Translations under genes and position numbers: made by a program | Shown here: positions 36,065 to 45,248 of the stretch, one piece after another | Position numbering within the stretch: position 1 is the first letter of the stretch | How the letters are laid out: every line of letters begins with the position of its first letter | NCBI GenBank assembly: GCA_035525055.1 | Contig: DATLEZ010000133.1 | Coordinates: 35,943-99,942 of the forward strand | Length of the DNA stretch: 64,000 bases | From: Acidimicrobiia bacterium | GTDB taxonomy: Bacteria > Actinomycetota > Acidimicrobiia > Spongiisociales > ZC4RG35 | Direction: 5' to 3' | Notes under the pieces: model-generated | The model's input: only the letters and a program-made list of their open reading frames with translations | The model's database searches: none | Told to the model about the DNA's origin: nothing

Positions 36065-36090
36065 GAAGCAAAGCGGCCCTCAGGCGAGGG

Positions 36091-36474
36091 TTAAGACCGA
36101 CGCCACCTCATCGCCCCCGCCACCAAGAGCACCAAGGCAAGACCGCCGAAGACCGGGATGTCGTAGACGGGCCTGCCACCCAGATCGATTCCGATGACGT
36201 GCGAGACGGCGTGAAGCGCTCCCCCGATCCCGACCCCAACCAGAGCCACCGTGAGAGCGTCCAGAGTTGGGATCATCCCGGCCAGGAGCAGGACTGCGCC
36301 GAGGCCGACCTGGAGAGCGCCCAGATCCTGAAGAAAGTGCTGGTTGTACGGTTCAAAGAGGGCAACCCTTGCAAAGAAGGACTGCGGGGCGACCATCGCC
36401 CACAATCCGAGGGCCACCAGACCAGCCCCGACTCCGACCGCCAGGACCGCAGATCCGCTTCGACTACTTGCCAT
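36091..36474 (-). CDS. Small integral membrane protein (4 TM), hypothetical
   Basis: The start is at 'MASSRSGSAVLAVGVGAGLVALGLWAM', followed by four hydrophobic segments. The upstream 42 codons of the track ORF overlap the divergent gene. Confidence 0.5.
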   Translation of the reverse strand: MASSRSGSAVLAVGVGAGLVALGLWAMVAPQSFFARVALFEPYNQHFLQDLGALQVGLGAVLLLAGMIPTLDALTVALVGVGIGGALHAVSHVIGIDLGGRPVYDIPVFGGLALVLLVAGAMRWRRS

Positions 36475-36560
36475 CAACTCTCTCCCTTCGATGGTCACCC
36501 AAGAGAGACGAACCACGACGCAACGCCGGGTGACTTCCCGTAAATACCCATAATGTCCGT

Positions 36561-37028
36561 GTGCGTCGTCTCCTTGCTCTCCTAGTCCTGGTCGCAGCAT
36601 GCGGCTCCGGCAGCCAGGCAGATCCGACGACCGCTGAGCTACCCGAAATCGACTTGGCGGGATTTCAGCGAGTGCTGGCCGACCTCGATCGACCGGCGGT
36701 CGTCAATGTCTGGGCATCCTGGTGCCTTCCCTGCCGGGCCGAGGCCCCACTACTTCGACAGGCACACGCCGAGTTCGGCGACGAGATCGCCTTCATCGGC
36801 ATCGACTACGACGACAGCCAGCGCGGAGCGCGACTTTTCCTCGACGAGTTTGACCTGCCGTTCATTCACTACTTCGATCACGATGGAGTGACGATCGCCG
36901 AGTACGGGGGCATCGGTGTGCCCCGAACCTATTTCTTCGCGACTGGCGGCGAACTCATCAATACCCACAACGGTGCGATCGACGAGCAAACCCTCGCCCT
37001 TCAAATAGATGAGCTCCTGAACCGGTAG
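36561..37028 (+). CDS. TlpA/ResA-like thiol-disulfide oxidoreductase lipoprotein
   Basis: Lipobox 'LLVLVAAC', the thioredoxin motif 'VNVWASWCLPCRAEAP' and 'GVPRTYFF'. CATAAT lies 6 nt upstream of the GTG, so the gene is possibly leaderless. Confidence 0.8.
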   Translation: MRRLLALLVLVAACGSGSQADPTTAELPEIDLAGFQRVLADLDRPAVVNVWASWCLPCRAEAPLLRQAHAEFGDEIAFIGIDYDDSQRGARLFLDEFDLPFIHYFDHDGVTIAEYGGIGVPRTYFFATGGELINTHNGAIDEQTLALQIDELLNR

Positions 37029-37724
37029 ATGGAATTCACCCTGCTCTGGGCGGCCCTCACGGCCTTCGCCTTCGCTTTTGTGACCTTATGGCTCACCAAA
37101 CCACCTGTGCCTGACCGGCCATTCGATCGAATCGTCGGAGCGGCCGTCGCCGGCATCGCCGTCGGCCGGGTCGCGGCGGTGCTCATGCAGGGAACCAACC
37201 CTCTCACCAGCCCGGGCGAATTGCTCATCATCCGAGGCGGCGTGGACACGGTCTGGGGATCTCTGGCCGGAGCGGCCGCCCTGATGTGGCCGCTGCGACG
37301 AGAGCCTGCCGCCCTTGATGCGGTCGCCCCGGCCGTTCTCGCAGCTCTGGCCGGATGGCACGGAGGCTGCCTCTGGCGGTCAACATGCCTGGGGGCGATC
37401 TCGGATCTTCCCTGGGCCTGGCCATTACCCGGATCCGACATCGCGCGGCACCCGGTTGAGATATACGCGGCGGTTCTTCTATTGGCCGGTGCTTGGGCGA
37501 TCAAGTGGATCAAGGGCTCTGCCGGGACGGCAGCAGCGATGGCCGTCTTCTGCGCCGGCCTGGCCCGGCTCGTCACCGAACCACTTCGTCCCAGCCTCGG
37601 ACCAGGTCTCTCGTGGTTCTATGCCCTGGCGACGGTCGCGGGCCTGGTAGCTGCCGGCCTCGTCGCCCTCAGGTCCCGACGGCTCGCCGGCAAAGCAGCG
37701 GCCAACCCATATCCTCCCGGTTGA
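37029..37724 (+). CDS. Polytopic membrane protein, Lgt (prolipoprotein diacylglyceryl transferase)-like
   Basis: 6-7 TM segments. 'RHPVEIYAAVLLLAG' resembles the Lgt 'HPxQLYE' motif. It directly abuts the flanking genes. Confidence 0.45.
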   Translation: MEFTLLWAALTAFAFAFVTLWLTKPPVPDRPFDRIVGAAVAGIAVGRVAAVLMQGTNPLTSPGELLIIRGGVDTVWGSLAGAAALMWPLRREPAALDAVAPAVLAALAGWHGGCLWRSTCLGAISDLPWAWPLPGSDIARHPVEIYAAVLLLAGAWAIKWIKGSAGTAAAMAVFCAGLARLVTEPLRPSLGPGLSWFYALATVAGLVAAGLVALRSRRLAGKAAANPYPPG

Positions 37725-39610
37725 TGACCGAAGCGGTCGAACAGCCCATCACGATCTACGACCTCCAAACGAGGGAGGACGCCAAGGTCGATTTGAAACG
37801 GATGCCCGATCTGCTTCGACGCGCTTTGCGCATTGTGCTGGCGGCGGGGCGCAGGGAGTTCATTCTCTCGACCTCGCTTCAGTTCGTCTCGGCCGCCACC
37901 ATCGGTGCACAGCTGGTCGTTGGCCGGGAGGCCCTGCAAGCCCTTCTCGAAGCAGACCGCGGCGGCGGTCTCGGAACAGTTGCACCGTGGGCCCTGCTGT
38001 TGGCGGGCCTCACCGCCGCTTCCCTGTTCGCCTCGGCCGTGCAACGCGAACAGCAGCAGATTTTGGGAGAACTGGTCGGGCGCCACATGCACGGCCATGC
38101 TCTAGCCGTTGCCTCGAAAGTGGAGCTCACTGCTTTCGAGCATCCGGAATTTCACAACCGGCTCCAGCGGGTCCAGGCTGGCATCCAGCAACCATTGAAC
38201 ATGGTCTACGGCGTCAGCGGCCTCATCTCGGCCCTGGTGGGCGTCGCCGGGGTCTCGATAGCTCTGATTGCGATCGAGCCGCTCCTGATACCCCTGGTCC
38301 TGACCGTGTTGCTGCCGGCCTGGATCGCCGCCTCCAAACGAAGCTCGGCCTTCTGGCGCTTCTTCTGGCGGATGACGCCCTCTGACCGAGAACGGCGATA
38401 TGTCGGGGAACTGCTCGGCGGACGGGACGAGGCCAAGGAGGTGAGAGCTTTCGACTTGGCCGATTTCCTATTCGAGAGATGGAACCGTCTCTACGACCAT
38501 CGGCTCAAGGAGTTGCGCTCGGTCGCCCGCCGCCAGCTCAAGTTCACGCTCTTCTCGACATTCGTGATCGGGCTGATGCTCGGCGCGATTCTGCTCCTGG
38601 TTGCGTTCCTCGCCTCGTCCGGTCGGGTGACTCTGGCGGAGGCAGGCGTGGCCGTTGCCGGGATTGCGATTATCGGGGCCAGGATCGCCGGGGCCGGTTA
38701 CAGCGTGAGCTCACTATCTGAAGCTGGCTTCTATCTCGATGACTTCGGATCGTTTCTCGAGATGGCAACGGCGCCGACACCGTCGTCTGCTGCCGCGCCC
38801 ACCAGGTTCACGACGATCACCGCCGAAGGCATTTCCTTCACCTATCCGAGCTCCAAAGAGCCCGCCCTCACTGATGTCAGCCTCGAGGTCAGGGCAGGAG
38901 AAGTGCTTGCCCTGGTCGGCGAGAACGGTTCAGGCAAGTCGACCCTGGCCAAGATCCTGGCCGGGCTCTATCGACCATCGATCGGTGTCGTTGCCTGGGA
39001 CGGCGTCGATGTTTCGACGATCGATCGGGCCGACTTCAGCCGGCGGGTGGCGGTCATCTTCCAGGACTTCCTGCGTTATCACCTCTCGGCATCGGACAAC
39101 ATCGGGCTGGGTCGGGTCGAGAGCGCCGGCGACCGCAACTCCATCATCGGTGCGGCCGAGCGGGCGGGAGCCGCCGAGATGATCGCCAAGCTTCCCTCCG
39201 GCTACGAAACGCTGCTCGGGCCCGAATTTCTGGGTGGGGTCGATCTCTCCGTGGGTCAATGGCAGCGGATGGCTCTGGCGCGGGCGTTCTTTCGCAATGC
39301 CCCTTTCGTGATACTCGATGAACCAACGGCCTCGCTCGATGCCCGCGCCGAGCACGAATTGTTCGAGAGAATTCGCAGCCTCCTCGACGACCGGACCGTG
39401 CTGCTGATTTCGCACCGGTTCTCCTCGGTCAGAACTGCCGACCGCATCTACGTTCTGCACGAGGGCCGGGTGGTCGAATCCGGCTCTCATGAGGAGTTGA
39501 TGTTCCGCAATGGTCGCTACGCCGATATGTTCAGGTTGCAGGCTGCCGCCTACACCGATCAGTCGGTTGCAAGGACCGCCTCCAACACGGCATCCCGACC
39601 CGAGAAGTAG
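37724..39610 (+). CDS. ABC exporter, fused permease + ATPase
   Basis: ATGA overlap start 'MTEAVEQP', a 6-TM domain, Walker A 'GENGSGKST', signature 'LSVGQWQR' and Walker B 'FVILDEPTASLD'. Confidence 0.9.
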   Translation: MTEAVEQPITIYDLQTREDAKVDLKRMPDLLRRALRIVLAAGRREFILSTSLQFVSAATIGAQLVVGREALQALLEADRGGGLGTVAPWALLLAGLTAASLFASAVQREQQQILGELVGRHMHGHALAVASKVELTAFEHPEFHNRLQRVQAGIQQPLNMVYGVSGLISALVGVAGVSIALIAIEPLLIPLVLTVLLPAWIAASKRSSAFWRFFWRMTPSDRERRYVGELLGGRDEAKEVRAFDLADFLFERWNRLYDHRLKELRSVARRQLKFTLFSTFVIGLMLGAILLLVAFLASSGRVTLAEAGVAVAGIAIIGARIAGAGYSVSSLSEAGFYLDDFGSFLEMATAPTPSSAAAPTRFTTITAEGISFTYPSSKEPALTDVSLEVRAGEVLALVGENGSGKSTLAKILAGLYRPSIGVVAWDGVDVSTIDRADFSRRVAVIFQDFLRYHLSASDNIGLGRVESAGDRNSIIGAAERAGAAEMIAKLPSGYETLLGPEFLGGVDLSVGQWQRMALARAFFRNAPFVILDEPTASLDARAEHELFERIRSLLDDRTVLLISHRFSSVRTADRIYVLHEGRVVESGSHEELMFRNGRYADMFRLQAAAYTDQSVARTASNTASRPEK

Positions 39611-39770
39611 TCGCTCGACAAGACCGGGACGTCGATATCCGGATCGATCGTCAGCCGGGGGTCATCGGCGAAGCTCTTTGCCAGTAGATGGTGCTTACCC
39701 CGATTCGCATGCTTCTGGCGCGGAGGATCGACCCCAGAGAAGCAGAACTCCGCGCCAAAATGATCCTCGT

Positions 39771-39805
39771 CTTCCGTCTTCCGTCTTCCGTCTTCCGTCT
39801 TTCGT
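39771..39805 (+). repeat. (CTTCCGT)x4 perfect + one degenerate (CTTTCGT) tandem heptamer array
   Basis: Read directly. It ends 3 nt before the HAD gene stop codon, in a convergent spacer. Confidence 0.9.
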
Positions 39806-39808
39806 CGT

Positions 39809-40405
39809 CTAGATCTCGTCCAGACTGTCGACGATCCGATCAGCCGCCATTAGAACCTCGTCGGCGAAGTGTCCCCTTCGCACCGCCACCACGCTCATCC
39901 CGGCGGCGCGGGCTGCAATCACACCGGTTGGACTGTCCTCGAATACGACGCAATCGCCGGGATTGATCCCGAGCAGCGTGGCGACCCGCAAGTAGACGTC
40001 AGGAGCCGGCTTCGGCTCGGCCACTTCGTCGCCGGCCACCGTCACATCGAATAGGGGCCTGACCCCGGCTGCTGAAAGGACCACTTCGAGGCGCCAGCGG
40101 TTGCTGTTGGAAGCGACTCCGATCGGCACCGCCACACGTTCGACCAACGCAATCGCATCCGGGAACGCGTTGAGGCCCTGGCCGGCGATCAGCCGCATCT
40201 CTTCCTCGGCGGCGTTGAGGACTTCTTCGACTCCAGCCCCGACCTGGGCCGCGAACGCCACCGCGAGGGCGCGGTCAGTGGTCCCGACGAATCCCGCGAA
40301 AGTGACAGCATCGATGTGGTAGTCGAAGCGCGCCAGGGCTGCCCGCCACGCCTCGGCGGAAGCTGACTCGGAGTCGACCAGGACTCCGTCGCAGTCGAAT
40401 ATCAC
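39809..40405 (-). CDS. HAD-superfamily hydrolase (beta-phosphoglucomutase-like subfamily IA)
   Basis: 'MIFDCDGVLVDSE', 'VASNS', 'KPAPDVY' and 'VVFEDSPTG' motifs. Confidence 0.85.
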   Translation of the reverse strand: MIFDCDGVLVDSESASAEAWRAALARFDYHIDAVTFAGFVGTTDRALAVAFAAQVGAGVEEVLNAAEEEMRLIAGQGLNAFPDAIALVERVAVPIGVASNSNRWRLEVVLSAAGVRPLFDVTVAGDEVAEPKPAPDVYLRVATLLGINPGDCVVFEDSPTGVIAARAAGMSVVAVRRGHFADEVLMAADRIVDSLDEI

Positions 40406-40422
40406 TGCCTTCAGGAGCGCCC

Positions 40423-41880
40423 CTAGGCAGACAGCTTCGTGCGAAGCAGTTGGTTGACCAGCTTTGGATCGGCCTTGCCGCCCGTAGATCTCATCACCAG
40501 CCCGACCAGGAAACCGAGGACTTTCTCCTCCCCCGAGCGGAAGCGGACGATCGCATCGGGATTGACCGCGAGCACCTCATCGACGGCTGCCGCGATGAGA
40601 CCCTGGTCGGAGACCTGGAGCAGATCCAATACTGCCGCCGCTTCAGCCGGAGACCCCTGTCCCGCCAACACTGCACCGAGAACCTCTTTCCCCGCCGACG
40701 AGGAGAGCTTGCCCTCCGTGATCATGCCCACCAGTTCGGCCAGGTGACCGGCCGTCAACGGAGTCTCAGCAACTGAGCTGCCGGTCCGACGAAGGGCAGC
40801 CGTTAGTTCGCCGGTGACCCAGTTGGCCGTCGTCGGGGCATCCGTTCCCAGCTCCACCGTCTCTTTGAACAGGTGGCGAAGGCTCGGCTCCGCCGATGAC
40901 AGCACCGCCACGGCGTGGGCATCGAGTCCGAGACCGGCATAACGGCGGCGACGATCAGCCGGGAGCTCGGGCATCGCCGACTGCACCTGGTTCAACAGCT
41001 CCGCTGAGATTTCGACCGGCACCAGGTCGGGCTCGATGAAGTATCGGTAGTCGGAGCTTCCCTCCTTGCTGCGCATAGACTGGGTCATCCCGGCCTCTTC
41101 ATCCCAGTGCCGGGTTTCCTGAACGATCCTCTCCCCCGCTTCGATAGCCGAGATCTGACGCGTGATTTCAGAAGCCACAGCGCGTTCGAGAGATCGAAAT
41201 GAGTTCATGTTCTTGATCTCGACCTTGGTCCCCAGCTCGGTCGTACCGATCGGCCGCACCGAGACATTGGCGTCGAAACGGATCGAACCTTCCTCCATCC
41301 GGGCGTCGGAGACGTCAAGCTCGGCCACTACTGCGCGAAGTTCCTGGGCATAGGCGCGGGCCTGCGGGGCCGATCTGATGTCCGGTCGCGAGACCACCTC
41401 GACCAGTGGCACGCCGGACCGGTTGAAATCGAGGAGCGTCGACGTAGCCGAGTGAATCCGTCCGCCGAGGCCCTCGTGGAGGCTCTTACCGGTGTCCTCC
41501 TCCATATGGGCGCGCTCGATCCCCACGCGAAACTCTTCGCCTTCGACTTCGACATCGAGCCATCCATCCGAGCAGATGGGAAGGTCGAACTGCGAGATCT
41601 GATAATTCTTGGGAAGGTCGGCGTAGAAGTAGTTCTTTCGATGAAAGACCGAGCGAGGTGAGATCTCGCAATGAAATGCCAGCCCTATTTTCGTGATCCA
41701 CTCGATGGCGGTGGCGTTGATGACTGGCAACGCCCCGGGCAAGCCCAGGCAGGTCGGGCACACGTTGGTGTTGGGCTCCTCACCGAACCCGACCGCACAC
41801 GAGCAGAACATCTTGGATGCGGTTTTGAGCTCGACATGTACCTCAATACCGATGACCGGTTCCCAGACAGTGGAGGTCAT
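40423..41880 (-). CDS. gatB: Asp/Glu-tRNA amidotransferase subunit B
   Basis: '[13 protein letters not shown]', 'SKMFCSC', '[11 protein letters not shown]' and a C-terminal YqeY-like domain. Confidence 0.96.
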   Translation of the reverse strand: MTSTVWEPVIGIEVHVELKTASKMFCSCAVGFGEEPNTNVCPTCLGLPGALPVINATAIEWITKIGLAFHCEISPRSVFHRKNYFYADLPKNYQISQFDLPICSDGWLDVEVEGEEFRVGIERAHMEEDTGKSLHEGLGGRIHSATSTLLDFNRSGVPLVEVVSRPDIRSAPQARAYAQELRAVVAELDVSDARMEEGSIRFDANVSVRPIGTTELGTKVEIKNMNSFRSLERAVASEITRQISAIEAGERIVQETRHWDEEAGMTQSMRSKEGSSDYRYFIEPDLVPVEISAELLNQVQSAMPELPADRRRRYAGLGLDAHAVAVLSSAEPSLRHLFKETVELGTDAPTTANWVTGELTAALRRTGSSVAETPLTAGHLAELVGMITEGKLSSSAGKEVLGAVLAGQGSPAEAAAVLDLLQVSDQGLIAAAVDEVLAVNPDAIVRFRSGEEKVLGFLVGLVMRSTGGKADPKLVNQLLRTKLSA

Positions 41881-43343
41881 GCCGCCACCTCGGCCAGCGC
41901 CGGTCGCGAGGTGAACGCCGCCAGTCGCTCAACGGCATTGGCAACCTGGAAGAGCATCGCCTCTCCCAGCGCGGGTGCCATCACCTGGAATCCGATCGGC
42001 AACCCCCCGTCGTCGAGCCCGATCGGCACAGAGATTGCCGGGTGACCCGAGAGGTTCGACGGAATCGTGCATACGTCGGACAGGTACATCGCCAGCGGAT
42101 CCTGGGTCTTGGCCCCCAATTCGAAAGCGGTGGTTGGGCTGGTCGGCGAGATCAGCACGTCGACTCGCTCATACGCGGCGTTCAACTCGGCGATGATCTT
42201 GCTCCGCACCTTCTGCGCCTGCCCGTAGAAGGCGTCGTAATAACCGGCTGAAAGGGCGTAGGTTCCAAGCAGGATTCTGCGGGTTACCTCCGGCCCGAAA
42301 CCTTCGGCCCGGGTCCTAGCCATCATTTCCTCAACTGTCTCACCTTTGACGCGCTGTCCGTATCGAACCCCGTCGAATCGCGCCAGATTGGAAGAGCACT
42401 CGGCCGGAGCGATCAGGTAGTAGGCCGAGAGGGCAACATCGAAGCTCGGTAGAGACACCTCTAGGACTTCAGCGCCCGACGCCGCCAGCTTCTCGACCAT
42501 CGCATTCGTGGCGGCAACTACGGCAGGCTCGTAGCCGTCACCGCCGAACTCCTTCACCAATCCGATTCGCACACCGGAGACACCCTCGTCGAGTGAGGAC
42601 CGAACTTCCGGAACCGGACCCGGATAGGACGTGCCGTCTTTGGGATCGTGACCGGAGACAACCTCGAAGAGGCTCAACGCGTCGGCCACCGATCTGGCGA
42701 ACGGCCCGATCTGATCGAGGCTCGAAGCGAACGCCACAAGACCGAATCTGCTGACCAGCCCGTACGTGGGCTTGAAACCGACCACTCCACACAGAGAGGC
42801 GGGCTGGCGGATCGACCCGCCCGTATCCGACCCGAAAGCTCCCAACGCCGACCCGACGGCCACCGCTGCGGCCGAGCCCCCCGAACTGCCACCGGGTACC
42901 CGGGAGGGATCCCACGGGTTGCGGGTGGGGCCGAAGGCCGAGTTCTCAGTTGAAGAGCCCATGGCGAACTCGTCGAGGTTGGTCTTGCCGACGATCACGG
43001 CTCCGGCCTTCCGCAGCCGCGCCACGGCGGTGGCGTCGTAGGGCGGCCGATAGCCAGCAAGAATCTGCGATCCGCAAGACGTCGGCAAGCCTTTGGTGCA
43101 GAAATTGTCCTTAACCGCGATAGGAATCCCATGGAGCAGACCGAGGTCACGACTTTCGGCGAACCGGGTATCGGCCGCCTCGGCCTGAGCCCGGGCTCCG
43201 TCGTGGTCGATCACGAGATAGCAGTGCAGTTCCGCCTCGGTCAACGAGGCGCGCTCGAGGACCGAATCCAAAAGGTCGACAGCAGAGATTTCCCCCGACC
43301 GGAGCTTTGCACCGGCCTCGGCAATCGTTAAGTCGGAGGTCAT
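41877..43343 (-). CDS. gatA: Asp/Glu-tRNA amidotransferase subunit A
   Basis: Amidase signature '[12 protein letters not shown]' and 'KDNFCTKG'. 4-nt overlaps with gatB and gatC. Confidence 0.96.
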   Translation of the reverse strand: MTSDLTIAEAGAKLRSGEISAVDLLDSVLERASLTEAELHCYLVIDHDGARAQAEAADTRFAESRDLGLLHGIPIAVKDNFCTKGLPTSCGSQILAGYRPPYDATAVARLRKAGAVIVGKTNLDEFAMGSSTENSAFGPTRNPWDPSRVPGGSSGGSAAAVAVGSALGAFGSDTGGSIRQPASLCGVVGFKPTYGLVSRFGLVAFASSLDQIGPFARSVADALSLFEVVSGHDPKDGTSYPGPVPEVRSSLDEGVSGVRIGLVKEFGGDGYEPAVVAATNAMVEKLAASGAEVLEVSLPSFDVALSAYYLIAPAECSSNLARFDGVRYGQRVKGETVEEMMARTRAEGFGPEVTRRILLGTYALSAGYYDAFYGQAQKVRSKIIAELNAAYERVDVLISPTSPTTAFELGAKTQDPLAMYLSDVCTIPSNLSGHPAISVPIGLDDGGLPIGFQVMAPALGEAMLFQVANAVERLAAFTSRPALAEVAA

Positions 43344-43630
43344 CTGCTGTCCAGCGCTGGCGGCACCACTATGTAGCCATCCTTGACCTCGGGCGCCTGG
43401 GCTAGCACCTCTTCGCGATCGAGCGACGGCTCCACCACATCGGGACGAAACCGACTGGCCAGGTTGAGCGGGTGAGAAGTCGGCTCGAGGTCAACCGTAT
43501 CCAGTTCCTGGACCCGGGCGGCGTGTTCGAGAATCACGCCGAGTTGGCTCCGGTAGCCCTCCAACTCCTCATCGGTGAGGGCGAGACGAGCCAGGCGGGC
43601 AACGTGGGCGATATCGATGTCGACAGGCAT
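43340..43630 (-). CDS. gatC: Asp/Glu-tRNA amidotransferase subunit C
   Basis: 96 aa with '[28 protein letters not shown]'. Confidence 0.93.
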   Translation of the reverse strand: MPVDIDIAHVARLARLALTDEELEGYRSQLGVILEHAARVQELDTVDLEPTSHPLNLASRFRPDVVEPSLDREEVLAQAPEVKDGYIVVPPALDSR

Positions 43631-43664
43631 GAGGGACCGGAAGTGTAGGAACCGGACAGAAGGT

Positions 43665-43698
43665 GGAAGACGGTGGGCGGAAGACGGAAGACGGAAGG
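43665..43698 (+). repeat. GACGGAA-type heptamer array (2 perfect + 2-3 degenerate units) in the gatC / membrane-protein divergent spacer
   Basis: Read directly: ggaagacggtgggcggaagacggaagacggaagg. It is the reverse complement of the CTTCCGT array at 39771. Confidence 0.85.
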
Positions 43699-43719
43699 CA
43701 GTGGTTACCGTCTCGGGCG

Positions 43720-44013
43720 ATGAATTCGGTATCCACCCGGCGGCTGGTCGCAGTAATAGCGGTCGCCCTAACAGTCCCGGGGGCCTTTATTTACTGGCAG
43801 GGGAACGAAATCTCCGGGGGGATTCTGCTTCGATCGGGCCTGGTCCTGGGCGCCAGCTGGCTGGCGTGGCCCGCTCTAGTGAAGCTCAATCCCAGGTGGC
43901 TAGTCCCTGCTCTCGCCCTATTGGCGTTTGCCGTCACCAGACCAGGCCTGCTTATCTGGCTCGTGCCGGCGCTGTTGGTGTTTGCCCTCTTGCGGCGCCC
44001 GAAGGTCAAATAG
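43720..44013 (+). CDS. Small membrane protein (3 TM), hypothetical
   Basis: An internal ATG gives 'MNSVSTRRLVAVIAVALTVPGAF...'. The rest is hydrophobic segments with a basic C-terminus. Confidence 0.45.
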   Translation: MNSVSTRRLVAVIAVALTVPGAFIYWQGNEISGGILLRSGLVLGASWLAWPALVKLNPRWLVPALALLAFAVTRPGLLIWLVPALLVFALLRRPKVK

Positions 44014-44081
44014 GTTTGACCCGACAGAGGGGAGCCCACATGCCCATCAAGAACCCGGCCGATTGTGCCGAAGGCGCGAGA

Positions 44082-45170
44082 ATGGGAAAACAACGCCTGC
44101 TGTTACTGATCGCGGTATTGATGGCAATGATCCTGCCGTTGGTACCTGCCGCCGCCCAAACGGCGCCGTTCGACCCCAACCAGATCGTCTTTCCGATCGT
44201 TGGCGGAGAGATCAGCTTCATAGACGACTTCTATCAACTGCGCGGGGCCGGAAGGATCCACTCCGCCACTGACATCATGACCAACGGCGTCAAGGGACTA
44301 CCGGTGGTGGCGGCATCCGACGGCGTGGTCTCATGGATCGGTTCAACCTGCTGTTACATGTCGATCGATCACGGGGGCGGTTACGAGACTTGGTACATCC
44401 ATCTCAACAACGACACTCCCGGCACTGATGACGGGTTGGGATGGGGCATCGCCTCCGGCATCGAGGACGGCACCCCGGTCGCCAAGGGCCAACTGATCGG
44501 CTACGTCGGCGACAGTGGCAACGCCGAGGCAGTAGGCCCTCATCTTCACTTCGAAATCAGACTCGGCGGCGTTGCCATCAATCCATATCCGTACCTGCTC
44601 AACGCTCCGCGTCTGTCGGCGCCGGGTGGACCGATTCTCACTCCGACCGCCAATAGCTTCGTCGATGACGACGACTCGCCCCATGAGGCCGACATCGAGA
44701 TCCTCTACGCCCTGGGTGTCACCTTCGGTTGCGGTCCGTCGATCTATTGCCCGAACGACGCCATGACCCGCGGTCAGATCGCACTCTTCATCGCTCGTCA
44801 GCTGGCGCTTCCGCCGGTGGACGTCGACTACTTCGACGACGACCAGGGCTCGCAGTATGAGGTAGCCACCAACTCGGTGACCGCGGTTGGAATCGGGTTC
44901 GGTTGCGGCGACCGCCTGTTCTGTCCCGATGAGCCGCTCCTCCGCGAAGAGATGGCCGAGCTGTTGGTAAGGACGTTCTCTATCTCGCCGTCCACTACCA
45001 ACTGGTTCGACGACGACGAGGGATCGGCGTTCGAAGCAGCTATCAACGCACTCAAGGAAGCCAACATCACCTTCGGGTGCGACCCAGCCGACGAGAGCGC
45101 CTTCTGCCCGCAGGATCCGCTGACACGGGGACAAATGGCCTCGTTCTTTGTGAGGTCGATGGGGCTCTGA
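44082..45170 (+). CDS. Secreted M23 (LytM-type) peptidase with three C-terminal SLH-like repeats
   Basis: Signal peptide 'MGKQRLLLLIAVLMAMILPLVPAAAQ'. M23 motifs 'HSATDI', 'IDHGGGYETWYIHL' and 'GPHLHFEI'. Three repeats follow of the type 'F.DDD.S..E..I..L...G..FGC.....FCP.D..TRGQ.A.F..R'. Confidence 0.85.
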   Translation: MGKQRLLLLIAVLMAMILPLVPAAAQTAPFDPNQIVFPIVGGEISFIDDFYQLRGAGRIHSATDIMTNGVKGLPVVAASDGVVSWIGSTCCYMSIDHGGGYETWYIHLNNDTPGTDDGLGWGIASGIEDGTPVAKGQLIGYVGDSGNAEAVGPHLHFEIRLGGVAINPYPYLLNAPRLSAPGGPILTPTANSFVDDDDSPHEADIEILYALGVTFGCGPSIYCPNDAMTRGQIALFIARQLALPPVDVDYFDDDQGSQYEVATNSVTAVGIGFGCGDRLFCPDEPLLREEMAELLVRTFSISPSTTNWFDDDEGSAFEAAINALKEANITFGCDPADESAFCPQDPLTRGQMASFFVRSMGL

Positions 45171-45207
45171 GCGGGCGGGGTACGGTAGGGGCATGAAGCG
45201 GGTCCGG

Positions 45208-45248
45208 CTGTGAACCAGGTAAGCCTGTGAACCAGGTACCAGTGGTAC
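45208..45248. repeat. 17-nt-period direct repeat CTGTGAACCAGGTA x2 followed by palindrome GTACCA-G-TGGTAC
   Basis: Read directly. It overlaps the GTG at 45227 that the track used as a start. Confidence 0.7.

Noticed and set aside
43575-44081. N-terminal 169-aa extension of the M23 peptidase ORF (the track ORF starts at 43575).
   Set aside because: The extension overlaps the gatC start, the heptamer array and the separate small membrane ORF, and its composition is off-frame-like. A textbook signal peptide begins at the internal ATG 44082.
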